A DNA stretch of 64,000 nucleotides, taken from positions 2,046,001 to 2,110,000 of the forward strand of contig CP089277.1 of assembly GCA_023920165.1 (NCBI GenBank). The letters are read 5' to 3'. Below the pieces are notes generated by a model. The model was not told the origin of the DNA and made no database searches. It saw nothing but the letters and a program-made list of their open reading frames with translations. This stretch comes from Curvularia clavata. Its lineage: Eukaryota. A program made the position numbers and the translations under genes. This document shows positions 1-10,778 of this stretch, piece after piece (positions within the stretch are counted from its first letter, which is position 1; the number at the start of each line of letters is the position of its first letter).

Positions 1-708
1 CACTTTCAGAATTCTCACCGCATCACTGAATGCATGGCCAAGAGCGAAGAGGAGCGAACCTTTCTACGACCCGATCATCTCCGACAGCACGTGAAAAATT
101 ACCATCAAGCATCCCTCGCCGACGTGGTGCGAGACATGTGGAGAAGAGACGGCGTAGGCAAAGACGGCGCAGAAAGCTGGACATGTGGCTTTTGCGGTCT
201 GGAAATAACTGCATGGGATACACGACAATCGCACATCGCGGCACATTTCAAAGCTGGTTTGACAATGGCTGATTGGAAAACGTATCCCCCGCACGTTAAA
301 ACAACTCAGTCAAGCCGGAAGCGGCCAACGTCGAGTGAAGGCCGACCAAATGTGTTTTCAAAACTCGCCAGAACTTTTACCAGTCTCACGACACGGCAGG
401 ATGACCTGGACGGGTCGCAGAGTGGGCTCGCATATGCGTCTGGGCATGCGACAGAGTATGCACAGATTGGGAGTACACCTGAAATGCCTTTTCTGCCCGA
501 ACTCATCTTCGACAGCTTCACAACTGGGATGTGCGGCGACGACGTTCATTTTAGCGGCGCAAGTGTTACTGACCTATCTGAAGAGGAGGCTGTGCCGAAG
601 GATGCTCAAGAGCCGTGTTCAACGGAAACTGAGGATGCGTGGCTGAACTTGGATGACTTGACGGGGCTTGAGTGGAATGAGGAGTGCCTTGGTTTCCTTG
701 ATTTTTAA
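1..708 (+). CDS. 3' part of a C2H2 zinc-finger transcription-factor-like protein (5' end outside window)
   Basis: Frame open from base 1 to TAA at 708. Contains 'ERTFLRPDHLRQHVKNYH' and 'WTCGFCG...WDTRQSHIAAHF' C2H2-like motifs and an acidic C-terminal tail. Confidence 0.6.
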   Translation, partial: HFQNSHRITECMAKSEEERTFLRPDHLRQHVKNYHQASLADVVRDMWRRDGVGKDGAESWTCGFCGLEITAWDTRQSHIAAHFKAGLTMADWKTYPPHVKTTQSSRKRPTSSEGRPNVFSKLARTFTSLTTRQDDLDGSQSGLAYASGHATEYAQIGSTPEMPFLPELIFDSFTTGMCGDDVHFSGASVTDLSEEEAVPKDAQEPCSTETEDAWLNLDDLTGLEWNEECLGFLDF

Positions 709-1599
709 CAAGCATACCTAGACGTTGGTCACACACAACTAGACGAGCTAAGGCAAAATCTGTCGGGCTATTGCATGGTTTCTGAATTGCCAATCTCTAC
801 GGCGCAAGAGATTTCCTTTCATTAGGCTGTCCTTTTTATGCTATCCAGTCTTGTCCTTAGCCTCGATTGTAGGCTCTCACGCTAGTTTTCTACCCACAAA
901 GCACCCACTGATACGGAAGAGGGAAATTATGACCTATGGCTGTTCCATAAAGGATTCTCAGTCGCAGGGTATTGAGACTGCGCTTGAATTGTGTGTGGTA
1001 ACATTCCTGATCACAGCCCCCACGTTTCTGCGGTGCAGAGAATGGGCCCAGTCGGGAATAGCACTTTGGGTGTCAGGTTGTACCTAGCTGACGGACTCAG
1101 CCTGGTCAATCTGGCTTGAGTTCGCCTACCTGGATCTTTCACCAAGTTCTTTTGACTTGATTTTCTACTCCTACGAAAGAAGATACAGAGCTTTCATGAT
1201 CAAGATAGGGGTTGACAACAGATCAAACTTCTGTACGATGTGGTAATCATTCGACAAAGACACATGTTGGCCTATCTCACCCATCCACTTAAGTGAAAAT
1301 CGCGCGCCTTGCGCATCAATCTCTCGCTACCCCCAAGACTCAAGCATTAAAGGAGTGCTGGTACTTCATACCAAAGCGTGCAGCTCTCATGATACAAATG
1401 CAGCGACCCTGATTCATATTAGCGCGTAGGGAATGTTTGATCAATGCAAAACTAAAGTTTGATACCAGAGGAACATCTCAGCCCCTAGAACCAAGTGGAA
1501 AAGAGACGGTCGTCAAGTTGTCGACTTAGCTTCAGCGGACTTAGCTTGTGCGAAGGAATGGACGGAGAGTTGTAGGGCAGGTTATGCTTCAGATGGCGA

Positions 1600-3160
1600 A
1601 GGTTTTGGAAAGACATGTATAGTTCCACAGTTGAAAATGAAGACACCGCTGAGAATCATCAATCGCAAAACACTACGTTTAATGCATTGCTGCCTAATGA
1701 GTCTTATATATGCCTGGGCTATGTCTTGGATAGCAAAAGTTCCGCAAAAGCTCCTGCTAAGTCGAAGCTGGTGCCTGCAACTGTCCCTAAGATTATTTCT
1801 GATCTCATCTATGTATCTGAACAGCTTGGTATCCCTAGACTTTGGGTCGACCAGTAAGCAGTTTTTTCTATCTCTGTCAAACACAATAAACATGTAGCGG
1901 GAGCTAACGAGACATTTCCCCTTCAGGTTCTGCATCGATCAAAAAGACAATAACGCAAGGCATGAATCAACCACATCCATGCACATGATACACGGTAGCT
2001 CAGAAGTCACAATTGTAGCTGCAGCCGGCACTGATGCTACGCACGATCTACCTGGTAAACTAGGAATGAAATGCATACATCGCATGCATCCGTTTACCAC
2101 TCTCAGTCGCCAAACATTCATTACATATTTCAGTATCTGTGACGAGGTGCGCCGAGTGCATTGGCACAGTCGTGAATGATAACCGTCCGTTAAGCCATCG
2201 TCCCTAGTAACAGAAATATTGATTGCTTAACAGGATCTTCCAAGAGGCTCTACTTTCATTGCGTCTCCTCGTATCCACTGAGACGAAAATGTACTTCCAG
2301 TATGCCAAGACGCCCTGTCTCGAGTGTTTGTGGACGAACGCAAGAATATGATCACCAACGAGCACTAACAAGTTTTCTTGACGCAAGGCATTGGCATGAT
2401 CGAGACTCACTTTTTTGAAAGGACATGCAAAGTTTTCCTCAAGAATTTTTGTTTGTGATAGACAGATTGAAAGCTAGAAAGGGCAGTCTGGAGTCGTTGG
2501 GTGGAGCCCTGAATAGGGAAAGGCTAGTGAGGCACCTATACGGCACAACCGTTATCTACGACATCGATGACAGCAGTGGCGACAATTTTGATGTAGTCCA
2601 TGGCCTCACTTGGTGTATATCAGATCAGATCTCGGATACTGAGCATAAGAAACATGGCGATTTCTTCGAGTCTGGACTGCCTTCTTGGATGGATATGGGC
2701 ATCACAGGAAATGAGCATGCTTTGCTTCAAAAAGTAGATTGTGTTTTTGGATACGAAGATCCGTATTGAAAAGGTGCTCAATATATCGATTGTCACTTTA
2801 CAGACCGAAATGGAGAGAGAAATGATTCTTCCCAAGATGCCGTGTCTGGCTCAAAACATTTTTTTTAGATTTTCACTCGTGGATTGATATCACTGTCCAG
2901 TACTATGTTACTAGATGGGGTTCATAAGACACTAGTAGGCTCAAAATGGGCTCAAATTCGCTGGATTGAAGAAGTTGTCCCCCTCTTTTGATGATGATGA
3001 TGATTACGTTTCACGAGATCCTGAGGAGATCACCGCGGTACTTTTGGATGGCTGGCGGTATGGACATTGTAAGCTTTTGGACCCTTTTCACTTCCTGCTT
3101 GTACATCCAGCCACTTTTGAAACGTTCTCCTGTGCGGGATTAATTCATCCATGTAGCTGA
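1600..3160 (+). pseudogene. Degenerate HET-domain (heterokaryon incompatibility-like) gene
   Basis: HET motifs are spread over different frames: 'LRIINRKT', 'YICLGYV', 'VPKIISDLI..SEQLGIPRLWVDQ' [intron ~1854-1926] 'FCIDQ...MHMIHGSSEVTIVAAAG', 'WHSRE*' and 'IFQEALLSLRLLVSTETKMYFQ'. Frameshifts and stops interrupt them. Boundaries are approximate. Confidence 0.7.
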
Positions 3161-4151
3161 TCCGAGGATAGCCTTCGTCGCGAAATCATTGAGAATCCAG
3201 AGGGTTTTTTACAGGCTTGTGGGCCGAGCCACGACGCTCCAGTAGAACGAAAGACTGTACGAATAGTTTGAACATGCTGTGCAACCTTCGCGCAACCCTA
3301 ATTGATAAAAGCATTGGTGTATTGTCATCTTCTTCGGTGATGTTGCTCTTTGTGAGAGTCGGCTGCTAATCATGCTAACTACGTAAGAGGAACGCTTCTT
3401 TTTTTTCAGGTATTCATGATACTGAAAGATGACTCGATGAATGCAGCTAAATGACATGAATTATGCAAAGTTCTCCGAGGTTCTTTCTAGCATCTCGCTT
3501 GCAATTTGACTTTGTATTCCTTCCTACAATGATTTGGGAAATGTTTTCGTGTCCGACCTAACCAGAAGAGCTTTCCAGAGTACACTTTCTTCAATGAAAC
3601 AGAACCAAGTTATTGGGATAAACCCTAAAAGAATCGGATCGCAAATAAAAACAAATCATCTGCGTATGCAACAACATCAACGCCTAATTCCCAAATGATC
3701 GACCTACATATACTCAAAGGTTTAGAGGAAGCCTCTGCACAAATCAAGATTGTTGGATAACTTCCGGCACCGGTGGATACGGCACCGGTGTCGTGGGTAG
3801 ACAATACAAACCAACGGATTAGGAACGATGCCCCTCACTGCCCCGCTGTTCGCCAATGCACCTGCATGTGCAAATGAGCAATTTATATGTCATCGAGCTC
3901 AACAAATCTCTCTGTGAAGACATAAAAGGTTGATTCTGCTGTAGTAAAAACAATTCTCGATACAAACCGCATAACCACTTCGCAAACAGACTACACCGCA
4001 ACTTCATCAATTCATCGGTACGATGCGAACATCGAATCAGCATCGCAGCGCCGCTGCGGTCCGGGCCCTCGCAAACCAGAATTTCTTCTTGGTCAAGTAA
4101 AACAGATGCTCCTCATGTGCATCATCAGGTACCCATCTCAAACCATCAGAA

Positions 4152-4278
4152 GCAAAGCATGGCGGGTGTTCAAGCTATGAGTTGTTCGGTCTGAGTACCG
4201 ACCATCTGGTAGCTTGTTCTGAGATTATACCGTTTAAACTTGATCTGGATAATTCCAGCGCGAAGGACTGTTGCTGCT
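4152..4278 (+). ncRNA. TPP riboswitch aptamer in the 5'-UTR intron of THI5/NMT1
   Basis: GGGTG...CTGAGATTATACC...AACTTGATCTGGATAATTCCAGCG..AAGG core. P3 caagcta(4171-77) pairs with tagcttg(4210-16); P5 is ctgga-taat-tccag. It lies inside an intron ending ctgac..tag at 4328, upstream of the THI5 ATG. Confidence 0.93.
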
Positions 4279-4354
4279 TCATGATGATGTCCCCGCTCCA
4301 TATTGTGTTGGGTTGCTGACTATCGTAGTACTCGCACTGGTATCTCGGGTCAAG

Positions 4355-5521
4355 ATGTCGACTGATAAGATTACTTTCTTGACGAACTGGTGTGATCAGC
4401 TTACAAGGCGTATGAATTGAAGGATAGACTAACAGCAGGCAGGCACGCTACGCCGTACCATGCGCCTCTGTACCTTGCCCAGAGCAAGGGATACTTCGAA
4501 GAAGAAGGCATCAAAGTGGCTCTTCTCGAGCCCAACGATCCAAGCGTATGCTTACACGCCTCATCTGCTCTCTTCTAGCCATCTGACATACCTGCAGGAT
4601 GTCACCGAGATCATCGGATCTGGAAAAGTCGATCTCGGCTTCAAGGCTATGATCCACACCCTCGCTGCCGCTGCACGAGATTTCCCCGTCCAATCCATCG
4701 GCTCTCTCCTCAATGAACCCTTCACCGGTGTTGTATATCTAACCTCCTCGGGCATAACTGCAGACTTTACCACTCTAAAAGGCAAGAAAATCGGCTACGT
4801 GGGCGAATTCGGTAAAATCCAGCTCGACGAGCTAACGGCCCACTACGGGATGTCACCGAGTGACTACCACGCGGTCCGCGTAGGCATGAATGTGACACGC
4901 TCCATCATTTCGGGCGATATCGACGCCGGAATCGGCCTCGAGAACGTGCAAATGGTGGAGCTGGAAGAATGGCTTGTGTCTCAGAACCGGTCCCGCGACG
5001 AGGTCCAGATGCTACGCATCGATGAACTCGCCCAGCTCGGCTGCTGCTGCTTCTGCAGCATCTTGTATATCGGCAACAATGCTTTTATCAAGAAAAGTCC
5101 GGAGAAGGTCCGCGCCTTCCTCCGCGCATGCAAGCATGCGACAGACTTTGTCTTGTCGAGTCCTGATGATGCTTGGCGTGAGTTCTGCAGCTTCAAGCCG
5201 GTCATGGACACGCCAACGAATCGCAAGATTTTCGAGCGAAGCTTTGCATACTTCAGTCCTGATCTGCAGAATGTGAGACGTGACTGGGATAAGGTTACAA
5301 AGTACGGGAAGCGCCTGGGCGTATTGAATGAGACGTTTGTCCCAAACTATACGAATGAGTATTTGTCTTGGGGGCTAGAGAAGGAGGCGAGTGATCCAAT
5401 TGTTGATCAGAAGAAAATGGCCATGCTGCAGGAGCAGGTCAAGCAGAGAGGAGGGTTCAAGCGTCTTGAGGGTGTAGTGGGGAAGACAGTCGTTGGAGCT
5501 GCTGCTGCTACTTCTATCTGA
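4355..5521 (+). CDS. THI5: HMP-phosphate synthase (thiamine pyrimidine synthesis), NMT1/THI5 family
   Basis: Spliced N-terminus [30 protein letters not shown]...[18 protein letters not shown] (introns 4390-4442 and 4546-4597). Contains GYVGEFG and the CCCFC motif. Confidence 0.97.
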
Positions 5522-6003
5522 GCACTCGACATGGATATATCTGATTTTGACTAGACTCTTCTACTCTTTTACGCTTTCAACGTTACAAAGAGATAGATGG
5601 CAGAAGTATGGAAATAGTAACCACGCGCTGATTGCTACAGTATCGTCTGGCCCAACAGCAACCACTACAATGGAAAACGTAATCAGATCATTGGAAATAA
5701 TTGCTAGATAACCCACATCCCGGTAGTTCTTCTAAAAAGAGAAGGGACTCCTAGTTCAAAACAAAAGGCCGGCTTATGCGCCGGTTTCAATAACTTGCCG
5801 CCCGCCCAGATGGCCATTGCACTCACATCCCCGCAAACGACTCTACCACAGTTTCGATGTCTGACATCAGCGGTCTGGACTTTCACAGATTGCTACTATC
5901 AAGAAGTTTATGGCGGTTTCGGCTGAATCCATTTGAGTCTTCCTTGTATGGGGTGGCGCCGATAGTACGAATAAGTCTCGTGAAATAGGTCTCGAATGTT
6001 GTT

Positions 6004-7589
6004 CTAAGCTCCGGTCGAGCTTATTGGCTGTTTGTGCGCAACAGCGATGCGGGTCTTGCCCCATCGGAAATCGTCCAATTTGTGCAGAGTGTACAGTTGG
6101 GTAATGAAGTTGACTACCGAGGCGAATTGGGCATAAACGAGCATCCCAATCGCTTGCTGGATGGCTTCCTTGGGTGAACAAGCGGAAAATATGACGACTG
6201 CTACGTCCCAAATCAATCGATGGTATTCAAGAAATAAGGCGAGCGATGCGGTTTGCGAGTCAATGAGGCCTGTGGCTTGAGTGTTAGAGGCATGTCTATC
6301 AATGGTGGCAGCAAGTACGTACGGTAGTATTTCGAGATGAAGAGTGCTGGGTTCACCATCCAATGCAACACAGAAGTGAATGCAGCTAATCTTTCGATAT
6401 AACCTGTTGATCTGCGACTGAGGAGGAGACTGTCACTCGTAAGTGGGCCTAGCGTCCATCTCCGGCGCTGGCTCAAGAAGACTGAAGGCGTGTTTGGCAC
6501 CGTAGTGTACACTCTCGCCCTGAGGCATGAGCGGGTTTGGACATCCGCGTTTTCCGACAGAACTAGACATATATGGTCTCTGTCCTCAGCCATCATCGAT
6601 CGAATCGTTCTGAAGAGGCCATCCGTCTCCTTTGGATAGTACCCAAATTTGCCCAAGATGTTGTCGCCACATGTACTTTCTTCGACACGCAGGAGCTGAC
6701 AGCATCCGGGCAGACAGGTTACTCTTCCGCTGGTGAGACTCTGACGCAGACGACGGCGGTGTTGTCCGACCATATATTCGGAATTTTGATAAAGATAAGC
6801 AAGAGAAAGAGGGCTTGAGGTCGTAGGATCTGGTCGGATGTAGCCAGTCACACCAATGACTCTATCGCCTTCTCTTACGGTTTGTATCAGGTTGGTAACA
6901 CATTCGGAGTCAAATCTAGTGTCCGCGTCGATTCCAACGACATAGTTTACAGATTGGATACATGCACTCTCAAGAAAATGAGAGAGCTGAGCAAAGAGCT
7001 TTGGTTTCAACATGGCTAATGAGGGATTCGATTTGCGCTGGTTGAATTTGTGGAGAAATGATCGCATAAGGACAATGCCATCTCGTTTCCCTCGGTTTTC
7101 GTTTTTGATCAGGCAAATGATTGGGAGGCCTTTGAATTCTCCCTTGACGAGTTCGATATCCATCGGTGCACCGTCCCATGAAGTGTAGGCGCTCGACATT
7201 GTGATTCCGGTGCGACATTCAATAATGTCTTCTTTGAGATGGGCAGCAGTCGTCTTAATCATGCCTTTGCTCCGAACGCGGCCATCGCAAACGACAATTA
7301 TGGCCTTTTTGTGGTCATCCAGTGATCTCTGTGCAGCCAATGAGTCCAGTGAGATCATCAACTCTGGATATGTTTCGTTGTAACAGCAGAGCAGGTACAC
7401 GAAGTTCTCCGGTTCATCGGGAATCTGTGGAAGCTGTCGCCGAAAGAACCGGATAGGGTAGAAGATCAAAATAGAGGTGATTTCAATAAAATCTACCACC
7501 AATCGTAGCATAGTAAACGGGAGTAACCACCAGCTGTATATGGCGTACGTCTTGAACATGCACAATAGGGTCAAGCTATCAGTCATCAT
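6004..7589 (-). CDS. Short (~510 aa) chitin-synthase-like GT2 glycosyltransferase
   Basis: Motifs CCYNE, VVCDG, KNENRGKRD, IDADT, QNSEY, VTCLPGC, AEDR and SQRRRW. After intron 6270-6322 come TM segments and DDFRWGKTR. No myosin-motor or cytochrome b5 domain. Confidence 0.88.
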
Positions 7590-8510
7590 TTAGCAATTGC
7601 AGTCTACTATATGTTACAATTGAGATTTTATCTGCTTACTTCAATGGTACAAGGATAGAATATGCAATGTATTTGTCAGTTTTCAGCCGGCGGGTATTGA
7701 CACTTGGGAGGTGTTCGATGGCGCTTCGTAAGGTCCGGCTGGATATTGGGAACGACCTTTTGCGGAAACCATCCGGCATGTCCGTCATCGAAAATTCATT
7801 TCGAGCAATGGAGCTTGCAGCAGCAATAAGACCCATCTGGAAGTTTTTCAAATGGCGTAGCTTGGAAATGGGCGCAAAGTAAAATTAAAAAAAAAAACGA
7901 TGGTGTATTCTCAAGCACAATATCCAGGTCAAGAGTAACAGCAGATATGAAAAGAAGTCTTGATTTCGGCAGACAGCAATTGAACCGACTGGAGCTATCT
8001 AATTATAACCAAAATTCAGAAGAGAAACCTACTAATACGATAGATGACATTAGGCAGAGCAAACCGAAGGCTGGTGACGACCGCAAGCAGCCAGCCGCAA
8101 CTTGCATATTATCCCTGGTCTTCGGGTTTCACAACCCCATTCCGGCATTGTTCACCGCCCCGTTTCTCATCATGTTTCTTGTTGAGCTCACGATCTTGAG
8201 GTTTCATCTTTGCGGCAACCTGGGGAAACATGGGGAACACCTAAGGGATGCCACGGAGATAGTCCCGGTCATAGCTCCTTTGCCATTTTGATCTTCGGCC
8301 CGAGTGTATCACCATCAACCAAACCCCAAGTGGCTCGTTTGGGTAATGGTCTCCGTCGGTAAATGTTCCAACCAGGAGCGCGGCCCAGAGCTGGGTGTTC
8401 CCGGATACAGGATGTATTTCTCTCCTGACATGTTTCTTCATATCATATTGCGCTGTTGACCTCTTTGTTGAAAGCAATTTGTCAATTCGTTTCTCAACGT
8501 ATTCTAAGTC

Positions 8511-9815
8511 ATGACTTCTACATTGTTCAAATCAAATGCACCTTCAACGTCTTCTTTCTTGTGTTCTATGGCCGGCTCGGATGATTCTGTAACTATCGCG
8601 ATCATCGGTGTGGGCTATGTCGGAGAACACCTAATGGAAATTTTCTCTTTGTCTTTTCCAGTCATTGCATACGATATATCGGCTTCAAGAATAGAAAAAT
8701 TGCGCCTAAAGCACTTAGACAAACACCACGTCAAGTTCTCAGACGATGAGAGAGACTTACAGGAAGCGTCGCACTTTCTAGTTTGCGTACCAACGTCGCT
8801 AGGATTAAATGGTGCAGTCGATTCTTCACACGTCCGTAACGCCGTGGACATGCTCTGCCGATATGTCAGGCATAAATCCATAGTGGTAATAGAAAGTACT
8901 GTGGCAGTTGGCATGACAAGAAAACTCCTCGGATCAATGGCTAATTCCGGCGATATCTTTGCCGGGATGTCTCCTGAAGTAAGCAAGCTCACACATGGAG
9001 AAATTGAATACGATTTAATGCCAAAGCAGAGAATAGACCCGGGTCGAGTTGATCCCCCGCCCCGTTCAATACCCAAAGTCGTTTCTGGTCTTGACGACAT
9101 TGCTCCGGGCTCGTTGAATGCCATCAAAAGCTTGTACGAGAAGGTTTTCGATACCGTCATCCCTGTCAGCAAGCCAGAGGTAGCGGAGATGTCAAAACTC
9201 TACGAGAACTGCCAGAGGACGATAGCCATCGCCTACGCGAATGAAATGGCAGATGCCTGCCAGGAGCTCGGAATTGATCCATTTGAAGTCGCCCAAACGT
9301 CCGCAACCAAACCATTCGGATACCTACCTATGTATCCCTCGCTTGGAATCGGAGGCCACTGCATTCCTGTAAATCCGGTTTACTTGTTGTCGACTTGCAA
9401 TTTACCGCTGCTTAAGCATGCCCATGAAAGAATGATGACACGACCTTCGCGCATCGCTAACCAGCTTCTCACATCGATATTGGAGGAGAGCTACCAAAAA
9501 CATAGCGCGACAGAGCAGCCCAAAGTTCTCGTAGTTGGAGTTGGATTCAAGGCTGGCCAATCTGATACTTCCTATTCACCAGGCCTGCAACTGCTCAACT
9601 TCTTGCGCCAGTCAGGTGAGGTGGATTTGATGTTTTGCGATCCCTTGGTGAGCCAAGACTCGATACTAGGAGTACCGAAGCTGGAGAAAGGCCTCTGGAA
9701 GCCCGAGATCCTCAAAACGTTTAACGCCATAGTGGTCGCTGTGAAGCAGCCTTACCTAGATTACAGTGTTTTGGAGGATCTCTCCGGTGTACGAGTTGAA
9801 GTTTGGCAAAGATAG
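8511..9815 (+). CDS. UDP-glucose/GDP-mannose dehydrogenase family protein, UDP-N-acetylhexosamine dehydrogenase-like (WecC/WbpA/TviB type)
   Basis: Rossmann motif IIGVGYVG, plus VCVPT, IEST, SPE|RIDPG (in-frame intron 8979-9029), AEMSKLYENCQR, catalytic GIGGHCIP and GVGFK. The start could instead be the ATG at 8568. Confidence 0.9.
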   Translation: MTSTLFKSNAPSTSSFLCSMAGSDDSVTIAIIGVGYVGEHLMEIFSLSFPVIAYDISASRIEKLRLKHLDKHHVKFSDDERDLQEASHFLVCVPTSLGLNGAVDSSHVRNAVDMLCRYVRHKSIVVIESTVAVGMTRKLLGSMANSGDIFAGMSPEVSKLTHGEIEYDLMPKQRIDPGRVDPPPRSIPKVVSGLDDIAPGSLNAIKSLYEKVFDTVIPVSKPEVAEMSKLYENCQRTIAIAYANEMADACQELGIDPFEVAQTSATKPFGYLPMYPSLGIGGHCIPVNPVYLLSTCNLPLLKHAHERMMTRPSRIANQLLTSILEESYQKHSATEQPKVLVVGVGFKAGQSDTSYSPGLQLLNFLRQSGEVDLMFCDPLVSQDSILGVPKLEKGLWKPEILKTFNAIVVAVKQPYLDYSVLEDLSGVRVEVWQR

Positions 9816-10712
9816 GTGCGGATGGTGTGGTTAAATGAGTTCGTAAAGAAGCTGCTCCAGCTGTTACAGTGGGACTTCTATTGTACGTATGGTAAAGGCG
9901 GAATAATAGCCATTGATGTGCAGAATCTTTAAGGAGTGTGCCTGAGCTACTCCTAAACAAGGAACTGAGTGTCGTTGGCCTGTTTGTTTAGCGACACGCT
10001 AGCAGGAGAGTGTTCATCGAAATGTATTATTCTTACATGAACCACAGTTCTAAGCACTCTCGTGGGTTGCAGTGAGGCAGTGGATCTGACGCGCATAGAT
10101 TATGATGCAGCAAATCTTCGATAATGTTAAAAAAGAACTGCCTGGTAGATATTCAAACAATCACTTTAGCCTCTGATATTGTAAGCCCATGCCGATCATC
10201 ACCTCCCTATTTGCGCCTGAACGAGATGCATATGTGTATCTCTCGAAGAAGGAAATTGTTTCATAGATCTGTGACAGCTGAACTTTTTGGCCCTACTGTT
10301 GCTTGCTATCGAGTCAGTGCATGGAATTCTCAGAGCCTTTTGTTTCTAAACAGTCGTCTTGCACAGTATGAAACATGCAAGTGAGTTTGTTCTTGACCAG
10401 TGCATTTGGTCGAGAGCTTGAAATGAATGCGTCATTTCGAATTTGTTGATGGCAGCAATGACACGTAGCTCTGAACATTCATTTCGCGTATGAATTGTGA
10501 AATATCGGTGTTCAGATGCTTCTACGGCACGTGCCGCGATTTGCATCCAGACGCTCGGGTTCGGTCCTTTTTAAACTTTGTCTCTACTATTTCGTCGCGC
10601 TAGGCGGATACTCTGAACCTGAGACGTGAGCGCCGAACCCTTGTTTTGAGATCAGTCGCCTTTTCGGAGATCGGAACGGAAGGGAAGGTGTCCATGGGTA
10701 TCTTGTGCTATC

Positions 10713-10720
10713 TATATAAA
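10713..10720 (+). promoter_or_regulatory. TATA box of the deacetylase gene
   Basis: TATATAAA about 60 nt upstream of the ATG at 10779. Confidence 0.5.
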
Positions 10721-10778
10721 TTTGGGAGAAGCTGACTGGTTGCGCGAACGGCTCGCTTGACTACCTGCTGTCTGCATC

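Noticed and set aside
4460..4597. ORF-track N-terminus MRLCTLPR... for THI5
   Set aside because: It is a wrong-frame exon plus intron sequence; the spliced start at 4355 gives the canonical [12 protein letters not shown].
7947..8291. 114-aa ORF between the GT2 and the dehydrogenase, a possible fourth cluster gene
   Set aside because: No motif or splice support, and it lies in the presumed divergent promoter. It cannot be excluded without RNA-seq.
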